This document shows positions 1 through 11,857 of a DNA stretch of 14,344 nucleotides, piece after piece. The position numbers were made by a program, and so were the translations under genes. Origin of the DNA: Chlorokybus atmophyticus (Eukaryota; Plantae; Mesostigma and Chlorokybus algae); assembly GCA_009103225.1 (NCBI GenBank), contig RHPI01000160.1, positions 1 to 14,344 of the forward strand. The letters are read 5' to 3'. Below the pieces are notes generated by a model. The model saw only the letters and a program-made list of their open reading frames with translations, searched no databases and was not told the origin of the DNA. The number at the start of each line of letters is the position of its first letter. Position 1 is the stretch's first letter.

Positions 1-96
1 CCCTAACCCTAACCCTAACCCTAACCCTAACCCTAACCCTAACCCTAACCCTAACCCTAACCCTAACCCTAACACTAACCCTAACACTAACACTAA
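1..96 (+). repeat. Telomeric repeat (CCCTAA)n, i.e. TTAGGG-type, with a proximal variant zone
   Basis: 12 perfect CCCTAA units at 1-72, then CACTAA-CCCTAA-CACTAA-CACTAA at 73-96, then GACTAC. C-rich strand starting at position 1 is the orientation of a left chromosome end. Confidence 0.97.
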
Positions 97-188
97 GACT
101 ACTGAGTACTTAACCAGACTAAGCTGACCGGAGTCTATAAACGGTAGAATTTAATTTATATACTACAACAACGTGCTCACAAGCAGAT

Positions 189-1433
189 GTGCATAGGCTA
201 AATGCATGCAAGGCGACTCTACGGGTCTCGCATGTCAAGGCACCCACAAGCACAGTAGATTTCTTCCTGTCCGACCACTCTTTTCAGGTGGTGGAGAAAG
301 TGGCGGTGCTGCAGCTGCTGCCGGTCCTTGCAGACGGTTTGCCGCTCGGCAGTAAACGCAACGATTTTTTCACCATTGCTGCCGCATCGCTTGCCTAGTG
401 GATTAAAAAGTTGCTCACGGCGCATGCACATATCAAAGAATCCTTGACCACAGCTAACAACGAGCTGGCTACCTTTAAATGTGCAGTGTTGCATCCGCGA
501 TTGTCGTATTTTGCACAGAAATTCAGGTTGAAGGTTCAAGAAGAAGCATCAGCTCACTCATGTTGGGTCGGCAATTATCACCAGTGGACATGCAGATTGG
601 TTCAGCGCCAACCGCATAGGGGGGGCAGACGCACGCCCAAAATATCAAATAGTGGGCGCATGGTGGCAACAATTGGGACTACCAGGCGCGTATCCTCAAG
701 GCATGGAGCTGTGCGGATATGTGAGAGAGGATGGCATGGTCGTGAATCTCGAAATGCGCTCGGTCATGGTGCAGGTGCGGCAGCAGTGCTGTAATGTAAT
801 GGAGAAGACGGACAAGTTGCTACGGATGGATGTGCTGACAATGAGGGAGTTTAGCCCATACTGGAGCGGTTCTGCTTGTAGCCGCAAAGTCGCCCTGAAG
901 ACTCCATTCGCCGACAAGCTGCCTGCCACCCTGGACAGCTTGTTAAGAAGGAAACAACTGGAATTGGCCGACGAGTGGTATGCTGTTCGCGTGGTGAACA
1001 AAGGCGCAGCGGTGTACATGACATCAGGAAGCAGCATGGCGCGCGCAATTTGGATGTCCCAATTTGTGCAATTGGGATTTTCCATGGGCGGCCTTGGTTC
1101 TCTACACTTGAGTTGGAAGATAATGAGGATGGTGTGAACGTGACATGGTGAACTTAGGCACTCCTTGTTCTGCGCGTGGTGGTGTGGGGTGGTAGTGGCA
1201 AGCGCGTATTAAAGGAGGTCGTGTTTGTCCGCTGGTACACGAAGGTGAAGGTGACAAGCGACACAAAGTGCATCCCTCCGGAATGGGAAAAGCGGCGAGG
1301 GGGTCCACATCTCGATGTCGTGACTATGGAGCAAGTAGAAAGCATTGTCCAGCTGCTCCCCATATTTGACAAGGACAGCGCCCGTGTACAAGAGGGCACG
1401 TATTGGGTGAACATTCACTGCACTGTCACGTGA
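189..1433 (+). pseudogene. C-terminal half of a CACTA/EnSpm-superfamily (Plavaka-like) DNA transposase, disabled and 5'-truncated
   Basis: Joining frames gives ...EKVAVLQLLPVLADGLP...SLA*WIKKLLTAHAHIKESLTTANNELATF...KFRLK/FKKKHQLTHVGSAIITSGHADWFSA (K-x-H-x2-H...G...FS motif, 541-609)...PICAIGIFHGRPWFSTLEL (1083-1103)...TW/GELR/ALLVLR...EVVFVRWY (1221-1238)...LDVVTMEQVESIVQLLPIF...YWVN (1401-1412). One in-frame TAG at 396-398 and frameshifts near 533, 1045, 1146 and 1157. Motif order matches recalled Plavaka/EnSpm transposases. Confidence 0.72.
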
Positions 1434-1578
1434 CACATGTACTTGTCTCATTACTCTGAGTTTGCACACTCGGTTACTAATGGCGCCATGCCATCAATCA
1501 AGCCTGGCGGGCAGCTTCGCCCGGGTTCTGCCCTTGCCTCCCACCTCCCGCAGCAGATCCGTGAGCTCATGGGACACG

Positions 1579-2300
1579 CTAGGCAAGGGCTGCGAGGGGA
1601 ATGCTCCCGCGGCGTGGGCGCTCGGCAGGTGGGTAAGGCGCGGGTGCGGTGGGAGTGGCCTGGTGTGAGGAATTTGGGGACGGGATTTCAAGACGCGGGC
1701 GCTTCACACCTTTCTCGTTAGGCAACGTCTGCTGCATCCTGAGCATGCATGTTAAGAGGAGTAGGTTGATCACCCACCGCAGCAACGCAGCAACACACGA
1801 AACCATACACAACCACACACTGTGGGAAGCACAACACCACATCAATTCAAACACAACACGCCGTAACAAACACAACACCACAACACCACATCAATGGCGC
1901 GCACAACACACCACTTGCACCACACCAAAAGCACGCACAACACAACACCACACATACACACGCAAGCACAACACAAAAGAAGACATACAGACAGGACGGG
2001 CAGCATGCACAGGCAGTCAGGGTTTGAACCCAAACCCAGGCAACCTTAAATGATGCTCACATCAGAAGACGCATGCACACTCGCTGACACAAACACAAGC
2101 ACACACAGACATGAGCACACGCGCATGCATGTACATGCAGGCAGGACGGTTCCCATGCATATGTAGTTCGGGTTTGAACCCAAACCGTAGCAACGGTAGA
2201 CGGTTGCTCACCATGGCAGCGCAAGGACGCGCGAGAGGGGCAGTCTTGCCCCTCTCGCCCGTCCCTTCGCCACCATCAAAAGGATTAACATAACAACAAG
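1579..2300 (-). CDS. Putative spliced gene of unknown function (Pro-rich, KRPRL basic motif); 5' end not defined, possibly decayed
   Basis: Exon ending 2212 (...PCAAM, phase 0), intron 2211-2084 (GTGAGC...GTCAG), 23-nt exon 2083-2061 (RVCMRLL), intron 2060-1739 (GTGAGC...CTCAG), exon 1738-1579 (MQQTLPNEKGVKRPRLEIPSP...*). All phases are compatible. No recognisable homology. Confidence 0.35.
1790..1990. repeat. CA/CAA-rich low-complexity tract (GT-rich on the minus strand)
   Basis: Dense ACAAC/CACAC motifs. It lies inside the predicted 2060-1739 intron. Confidence 0.8.
1992..2060 (-). repeat. ~70-nt dispersed repeat, copy 1, with hairpin and B-box-like core
   Basis: Minus strand reads GTGAGCA-n9-GTTGC-n3-GGTTTGGGTTCAAACCC-n10-TGCATG-n4-CCGTCCTG. 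The same blocks recur at 2142-2211. Confidence 0.85.
2142..2211 (-). repeat. ~70-nt dispersed repeat, copy 2
   Basis: Minus strand reads GTGAGCA-n10-GTTGC-n3-GGTTTGGGTTCAAACCC-n10-TGCATG-n4-CCGTCCTG. Confidence 0.85.
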
Positions 2301-2468
2301 GCCACAAGCGCCCAAAAGCTTGCCTAATTTTGGACGACCAACAATAATAACAACAATAGCGCCAACCACCCCCTGTGGCAATGGCGGCGAGGTTGAGAGG
2401 CCCCAAAGCGATGATTTCAACATGCTCGCGCAGGCAGAGACTTGTTGGACGCCAGCACACCACCACAA

Positions 2469-2910
2469 CAGGCTGAAAAAATCAGCCATTTTCAACCGTC
2501 TAAAATTAGCCTGACAGCCTTTCGAGGCTGTTTTGACATCACTCCCTGCTTGGCGGATTGATGTAAAAGCAGTCCATATCCTTAAAACATGTGGTTTGTG
2601 TGTTAGCTAAAACGTTTTGCAGGCCTTTCAACGAGCCAGCACACGCATTCAACCCATTTCTTTAGCTATGTTATAAACCTATCCTTAATTATCTGTCCGA
2701 AACATGGTACATTTACCCTGGTACTTACTCAAAATCGGTGCAGAACCTACCACTGTGTTTCCTAACCTCAGGTGTAAATCGATCAATTTACACCGTTAGG
2801 TCACCTATACATCGCCGCCAAGAAACCACAAAATCAACCCTTGACGATTTAAAATCACCCAAAACCTCCGAAGATAAGTTAGGCCATATGCCCGTAGTGG
2901 GACATGGGCC
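2469..2910. other. Cluster of short inverted repeats (hairpins)
   Basis: GGCTGA-aaaaa-TCAGCC (2471-2487); ACAGCCT-ttcg-AGGCTGT (2514-2531); CCTAAC/GGTGTAAAT-cgatca-ATTTACACC/GTTAGG (2761-2800); GGCC..ATGCCC-gtagt-GGGACAT..GGCC (2882-2910). Confidence 0.7.
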
Positions 2911-3522
2911 ACGCGGCGTAGCCCACGCCTGCATCTTGTAGAACATGTGTCAGAAAGCCGTCCAGGTCCAGTGCCAAGCAGTGATACGGCATCTCTGTTC
3001 CGTGCTGCATTGACAGGCGCGAGCGTGACCATCGGTGATTAAACAAAAAATGTTAACAAACTTTTGCAAAGCCTACTTATTGGCAATGACTTGTTGTCAT
3101 CATGCTCACTAAGTCATTGAGCATTGCTCATCGGCATGCAGGCTGCATTAGTAACGCCCAATTGGCTCGATGGCTTTTTTATTCATCAACCACCAGCAGT
3201 TGTATGAACGACCGGTACGGTACCTACCTACCTACCACCTACGGTAGTCCACTTTGTCCCCCTCCGGTCCGTGTCATCTCCTGGGCTGCTGACAAGGCGC
3301 ACGCGGCTGCGCCGAAAGAGCTTTGCAGCCACCTTCGCCATCGCCGCCCAGCATGTCGGCAAGTTAAGCATAGTAACTCTTGTGCTCCCCCGTGTCCTCC
3401 TCAGCGGCGGCCAGCGTCGTGCGGCGCGGCTCTGTCTTCCTGTGTGTGTGCCCCCCCTGCGACGATGCGGCAGCCAGTGGGTTCAACTGACTGTGTATGA
3501 ACTTCGGAGCTGTGCCTGAGAG

Positions 3523-6559
<3,037 letters not shown>

Positions 6560-7400
6560 AGGCTACCAGGGTTGAGCACCTGCCACCCAACCCCGCTGAA
6601 CAACAACATTCAACACTGCTATATACAAACCCAAAAGGTGACTGCATGCGCGGAGCACGAAGCTGCCCGCTGATACATGTATGTATCTTGACCTGCCCTG
6701 ACTTATTACCACACACAAACATATATAGCTACAACACGGCTAACGTTACTGACTGCAAAACTCCCCAGCCCAAAACAATCTTGGTTTGTAAGCGATGTGA
6801 ACTACAACACTTATGGTGCTGCAGCTGGCCACCGCCCATTGTGTGTGCTTGCTAACTGTGGCACTCTCCGTTGAGTGCGTCATCAGGTGCCCTGCATAAC
6901 TCCTGCAGAGCCACAGCCCTTTGCCGCCCCCTTGAACATGCTTGCTTGCCTTGTTTGGACTGTGGTGTTATGTTACACGCATACCGTGTAGGCTTGCGCC
7001 AGGCCATGTTGCATGCTTGGCCTTATGAGATCTCACACACACCTCCTTGTGGTTTGTGCATATGTGTGCACTGCCAGGTAATGACAGAACAGGCAGCAAG
7101 CCCACATGCATGGTGCAATTGCCCCTTCTCACTAGGCAGCACAATCCACAAGTAGCAGGCTTATATATGTGCAACCACGCCTTCAGCCTGGCATCCATCC
7201 TGAGTATAACTTATAGAGCCACAGTGACGCACAGCGTCGCACATGTTAGTAAGGATGGATACACAGTTTGACACCTGCGCGCGGTAGTTTCCAGAATCTG
7301 CAGGAACACAGCCATTGTGCTATCCCCTCATCACATGTTTATGCCACAACTAATTACAACTTCACTTCACACCCTCTGATTGATTTGCTAAGCTACACCA

Positions 7401-8455
7401 TCATCCCCTGTTGCCAAAGCTAGAATGATACCGTTCACCTCTCATACAACCATCTTTTCGTTGTGTGTGGTGGCAGCCATATGTGCATCAACGACCCGCT
7501 TGGCCTTTGCACGCTCGGCCTGCTCGCGTTTCGTACATTCTGCGCGCGGCTCTTCTATACTCTTCTTCGTATTGGTTCTCGATGGTGATGGCGCTGGCAA
7601 CTTGTTGGTGCGTTTAGACCCAACATCTTTACGGGGTTCGTCAGCCAGCATTTGCTGCTCCATGTACCAAGGCCGCTTCGCCTCTGCGCCAACCACGCCA
7701 TAACCAAGCCGGTATTTTTCATGCAATCCTTCTCCAAGTCTTGTTATCCGTTTATGCTCATGCTAAAACTCCTGCACAGTTGATGTGACATCGTCAACAC
7801 GACACCGCGACATTTTACAACAGATGTTTGTAAGAACAGAGCATGGACGTGAGAGTGACCTTGTCCTCGATCTTGTGCCAAGCAGTAGATGATCGCTTTG
7901 CTGTTGCTTGTGTTGAGTTCGCAGATGCTGAGCGGGTTGCCATCGAAGCCGCTACGGAAGAAGTTGATGTGGCCATCGTCGTCTTCATCAGCTTCGTCCT
8001 TGTTGTTGCCTTGTTGCTCCTGTGCACGCCTTTAACAACTGCGGTGATTGCGGTTGTGTCCTCAGCATTGCGCACACCAGTGAGGCGAGCAGTGAGTTGT
8101 TGTGCTTGTATTGGTCATGTTCATCTTCCTGGTCCGCACGCTTGCGCGTGCGCTCAAGAAGCAGTTGCCTCCTTGTTTCGGCCTCGGCTGCCTGTTGTTG
8201 ACAAACACACAAACGGATCTTACAAGTTGTTGTGTCTGCGCTGAGAACAGTGCAAGCGTACAACACGTGCAGTTTGGAAAATAGATAAAACAAGCAGATG
8301 AGGAGAAATCATGGTCTGCAGCATAATACCGGAGTGTTATCGAGTCCCAAACCATACATCTGCGCTTCTGTGTAGAGATGACGCATGCATATGCAAGTGT
8401 GCATGTTGGCAAATGTATACTGGTGTATGCGTGTTGAGCCGAGTCCCCACTTATC
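7401..8455 (-). pseudogene. LENG1: LENG1-like (leukocyte receptor cluster member 1 / CIR_N family) decayed gene copy that retains an intron
   Basis: AAEAETRRQLLLERTRKRA (~8190-8135), DDDGHINFF (7957-7974), YRLGYGVVG..KRPWY (7714-7664), IEEPRAECTKREQAERAKAK, and after a frameshift RYHSSFGNRG* (stop 7401-7403). Intron 7859-7772. In-frame TAG at 7765-7763, plus frameshifts. The 5' boundary is approximate. Confidence 0.7.
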
Positions 8456-8465
8456 TGTTATGGGC

Positions 8466-8800
8466 TTACTGACTTCCGCTGGCGCATCCTTCTCTCTTTG
8501 AATACTTGTAATAATCCGAGAGAGTAAAGTTAAAGTCGAAGGCCTCATTACGCTCATTGATACCTGTTCCTATAAAGGCGTGCCGGTCAGACGAGTCCTG
8601 TATGCGCAGCACGAAATAGCGGCTCGAGTCCAAAGCACTCAACAACGCGATCCCTCTGCCCGAAAAGGATCGGGCACTCCGCAAACAACTCGCTGGTGTT
8701 GATGTCCTTCGACCTAATAATGCATTTCTCCCCTGTCGACAAAACCCGCAACCGACCTGACCAAATTCAATCGACGCCAACCACTCAGCCACATGCAACA
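8466..8800 (-). pseudogene. NECAP: NECAP (adaptin ear-binding coat-associated protein) PHear-domain fragment, frameshifted
   Basis: VAEW/WSGRLRVLSTGEKCIIRSKDINTSELFAECPI...RDRVVE/ALDSSRYFVLRIQDSSDRHAFIGTGINERNEAFDFNFTLSDYYKYSKRE. Frameshifts near 8765 and 8640. Conserved LED is changed to SKD and GLGF to GTGI. N-terminus and C-terminal half not found. Confidence 0.9.
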
Positions 8801-8893
8801 GCTCTATTGCAGTCGAACAATGCGTTGTCTATATATTGGAGCCTAAGCACAGTGTTATGACTTGAAACCTGAAACCTTGAACATCACCTTGAA

Positions 8894-9635
8894 TGTTACA
8901 TACAAGCAACATCGTGCATTCTCTCGCTATCTATGTGTACTCAAGAGACAAACAAGAACTCAACGCATGCACGCAACACTGCTAGCATGTCAATGCAATA
9001 CAGAAACACAAGTTGCGCAGGATGTGTCTATTGCACCATTAGTTGTGAATGGTGGCTAACACACAATGGCCACAAGACACACTTGGTGCTTTTCGTGGCC
9101 TAGTGGTTCATTACAATGGTATCAGAGCTTGCGTCTCAAGTTCAATTCCCGTAGGAGACTGGGGTAGATCTAAGGGTACGAAACATTTAGGGCGGCTTGC
9201 CCTAGGCTGGGCGCAGGTTCGCAACCTGCGCGCCGAGCCAACTTGACCTATGGCCGCGTGAGCGGTCGCGCCGTGGTGGCAGGTCGCGCGGTGAGGATGG
9301 CGGCTGCAGTTCGGTCGGTTATGACCGTTCTTAAGCCGAATCCAAAAGACCGCGGGCGGATCGATCGTGGTACGGCCGTGACCACGGCGATGTGGGCGAG
9401 TGCTTCATTTGCTACTGAGGAACCCATGGGCTAAATTGGGGAGGAATGTCACGATTTGGGATAAATTGTGACAGATCTTACTCTTCTACTGCAACGTAAC
9501 AAAATGCCCTGAGAAAATCATGTTCAATGAAAACATTAAATGCCTGAATTGGGAATGTCATGGGACGACCCGAAAATGATGCCACAATGGCCACAAAACA
9601 CACTTTGTGCTTTTGTGGCCTAGTGGTGCGTTACA
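8894..9635 (+). mobile_element. Small non-autonomous LTR element (TRIM-like or internally deleted): LTR, PBS, ~310-bp internal region, PPT, LTR
   Basis: First LTR ends ...TTACA at 9115; PBS TGGTATCAGAGC at 9117-9128; PPT GGGGAGGAA at 9438-9446; second LTR TGTCAC...TTACA at 9447-9635. The last 54 bp of the two LTRs match at 49/54 (9062-9115 vs 9583-9635). The 5' start (TGTTAC at 8894) is tentative and no TSD was found. Confidence 0.65.
9117..9128 (+). promoter_or_regulatory. Primer-binding site complementary to initiator tRNA-Met
   Basis: Exact TGGTATCAGAGC, one base after the LTR-terminal CA. Confidence 0.85.
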
Positions 9636-9849
9636 GCATCCCACAGAACACACATACTAGAATCGTGCATACAACACTGCTGGCTGGTCTCGACGCACTA
9701 GGCTCACAACGAACCTAGCGCGTTATACCCAGTCAGCATAAGTTTGCAACTGTAAAGATACTCACTCTCTGCATTCCAACCCACGCAGGTCAATCAATCA
9801 ATATCTACGTGTTGGTTCGTCCTAGCATAAGTGTCAGACCTTGTAGCCG

Positions 9850-10737
9850 CAACTCCTCAAGCAACTTCTGCACCTCAGGATCTTTCGAACCCTCCACATC
9901 GGTGCCGACCAGCTTAGGATCTGACTTTGACGGTGTGTCACGCACCATACACAACCATGCATCCTTCACGTCGTTCCCGGATCAGATCTGCTCCATCTCA
10001 GCCTCAGAAAATTGTGACACCAGCTCCGGAGCCTCCCCCCCCCCCCCCCCNGAAGCATGTTGTTGTGCATCTTGCTGGTACGCCTTCACGCCATGCACCT
10101 CACGCACATGCGGTGCATTGCTGGCAGCTGCGACGCAGCTCACACGCTCTTGAACTAAACACTCACCACGGGAAGAAGCACCCAAGCAAGTCATTGCCAT
10201 ACCACCACCTTCCGGGGCAGCAATTAGGCGCTTCCTCCAATTAATGGCGGGGTTATGTGTCCAAAGCCAAGGTAGCCCCAAAATGCCATCAAAGCCGTTG
10301 CCGAGCTCGAGGCAGCAAAACCGTACGCTATCCTTCATCATCCCCACGTGGACTTCAAGCTCTTTGCTCAGCTTCGCAGCTCCGGATGGCGCACGGCCGT
10401 CCGCGAGAGTCACGGAGCCGGCATTCGCCCACGAGAGCCACTTGTGTCGACGCGGAACCTCCCGATTCATGAAGTTGCTGTTCGCGCCGCTATCCACCAG
10501 CAATCTGCACTCCACCCAAGGCCCATCACCCTCGCGAATCATGGCCGTGACGGTCAGCAACTGCCTTGCCTCATTGGGCACACAAACCACATCGTTCCGC
10601 GACGCCGTCGCGTACGTATACATGCCGCCAACAGACACCGACACATCCACGAAAGGCTCTGAACAGTCAAAATCAGAAAGAGGCTCCATCCCAACCCCAG
10701 CAGCAGCCTCCTTAGCTACTGAGGTGAGCCGTTTCCC
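9850..10737 (-). pseudogene. pol: Gypsy pol fragment: retropepsin protease only
   Basis: LLVDSGANSNFM...FCCLELGNGFDGILGLPWLWTHNPAINW. Stop at 9984-9982. A C16 run followed by an N lies at 10035-10051. Confidence 0.9.
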
Positions 10738-11767
10738 GACTGCAACATCTCCTCCTCCACCGTATTCACACGTCCACCGTCGCGCGCGTTGCGTGCATGT
10801 GCAGCCGACTTTGCCTTAAAGGTGGGGCAGTTGGAGCGTATATGTTCAGTAGAAGAGCACTCCTAACACTTCAGAACTGCCTTGGCGTCTTCCCGACCGT
10901 TGGGGAGGGTGACCCCTCACACCCTTCTTTGAAGCATGGAGAACACCCAACTCCATTGGTGTAGGTCCCGAGCCAGCCCCCGCAGCTGTTGCAGCTCTAG
11001 AACCAGCTCCAAAAGGTGTGTATGAGCGATACAAACCTCCCCATGACTGAGTGAAGTGCCCATGATCAGTGTCTTTGGCAGTACCCTTGAAGTACAACTA
11101 GTCCGTACGCTCGGCGATGCAAATGGCCTCCGCAAGAGACTTGGCGTCACGAAGCTTAACTTCCTTGCGACAAAGAGGCTTCAACCCGCGCGTATAGCGG
11201 TCCAGCTGCTCCTCCTCAGTCATGTTGGGTATGGAGAGCACAAGACGCTGAAACGCAGATGTGTAGGCCATTACGGACTGCGTTTGCACAAGTGTAGAGA
11301 GCTGATCGCGTGCCGTCTTCATGCTTTGCACCGGTACGAACTGTTTCTTCACCTCAGCGGCCAGCTCAGCCACGGTGAAAAAGGGGACCTCGAGACCAGC
11401 TTCCACACGAGCACAGCGATGACGCCACCACACAAGTGCAGCTCCCTCAAAGAAAGTAGCAGCCACATCGACATGGAGATGTACGGGTACCTCGGTGAGC
11501 TTCAACCATGAAGAGACAGCAAACACCCACTCCTCGACGCAGTCGCCATCCCTCTGGCCCTTGGTTTTGGCACTTTCACGTGACGAGAGGCTGGTGGAAG
11601 AGCCATAGGTGCAGCAATAGGCGTAGCCGCGCGCACTTGCGCCAAGACTTCCTGAAATTGTGCCACTTGAGCTTGGGCAGATGCTTGAACACGTTGCAGC
11701 TCCGCATGAGCAGTGCCAGCACTTGCTGAAGCTCCACAACACGTGCATCATCCATGGTAGCGTCCAT
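10716..11767 (-). pseudogene. gag: Gypsy gag (capsid plus CCHC zinc knuckle), disabled
   Basis: MDATMDDARV.../...VKVPKP/...VEEWVFAVSSWL...FFEGAALVWW...ARDQLSTLVQTQSVMAYTSAFQRL...QLDRYTRGLKP...SLAEAICIAERTD*...PTPMELG/...C*ECSSTEHIRSNC (10868-10827)...QSGNGSPQ*. At least 2 stops and 3 frameshifts. Confidence 0.88.
10731..10737 (-). promoter_or_regulatory. Candidate -1 ribosomal frameshift heptamer G_GGA_AAC at the gag-pol junction
   Basis: Gag frame reads TCG GGA AAC GGC TCA CCT CAG TAG. A -1 slip (GGG AAA CGG) enters the protease frame without a stop. Confidence 0.8.
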
Positions 11768-11844
11768 AAACAGAAAAATAATACCTTACACATTAAAGAT
11801 ATAGCTAATATCCCTTTAAAACAAGAAACTCAACCCTCCCAAGG

Positions 11845-11856
11845 GCTCCGATACCA
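11845..11856 (-). promoter_or_regulatory. PBS (initiator tRNA-Met type) of the gypsy element
   Basis: TGGTATCGGAGC, 11/12 match to TGGTATCAGAGC, located between the LTR and gag. Confidence 0.85.
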
Positions 11857-11857
11857 C

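Noticed and set aside
2142-2230. tRNA gene suggested by GGTTCAAACCC
   Set aside because: No acceptor stem, D arm or anticodon arm can be formed, and the A-box match is poor. Kept only as a B-box-like motif.
2514-2534. Bacterial-type intrinsic terminator (7-bp stem, TTCG loop, T-run)
   Set aside because: The context is eukaryotic with no prokaryotic gene upstream. Treated as part of the hairpin cluster.
2761-2810. Helitron 3' end
   Set aside because: The hairpin is followed by CTAT about 5 nt later, not CTRR about 11 nt later, and no 5' TC end or Rep/helicase is seen.
6560-7400. Possible small minus-strand exons and several 70-95 aa ORFs
   Set aside because: No recognisable motif or consistent exon chain. 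Most likely 3' flanks of the two convergent genes.
7843-8244. Hydrophobic 133-aa plus-strand ORF resembling a membrane protein
   Set aside because: It is the antisense shadow of acidic and Gln-rich LENG1-like codons.
10244-11511. Plus-strand ORFs of 191 and 151 aa
   Set aside because: They are antisense to gypsy pol and gag, with no independent motifs.
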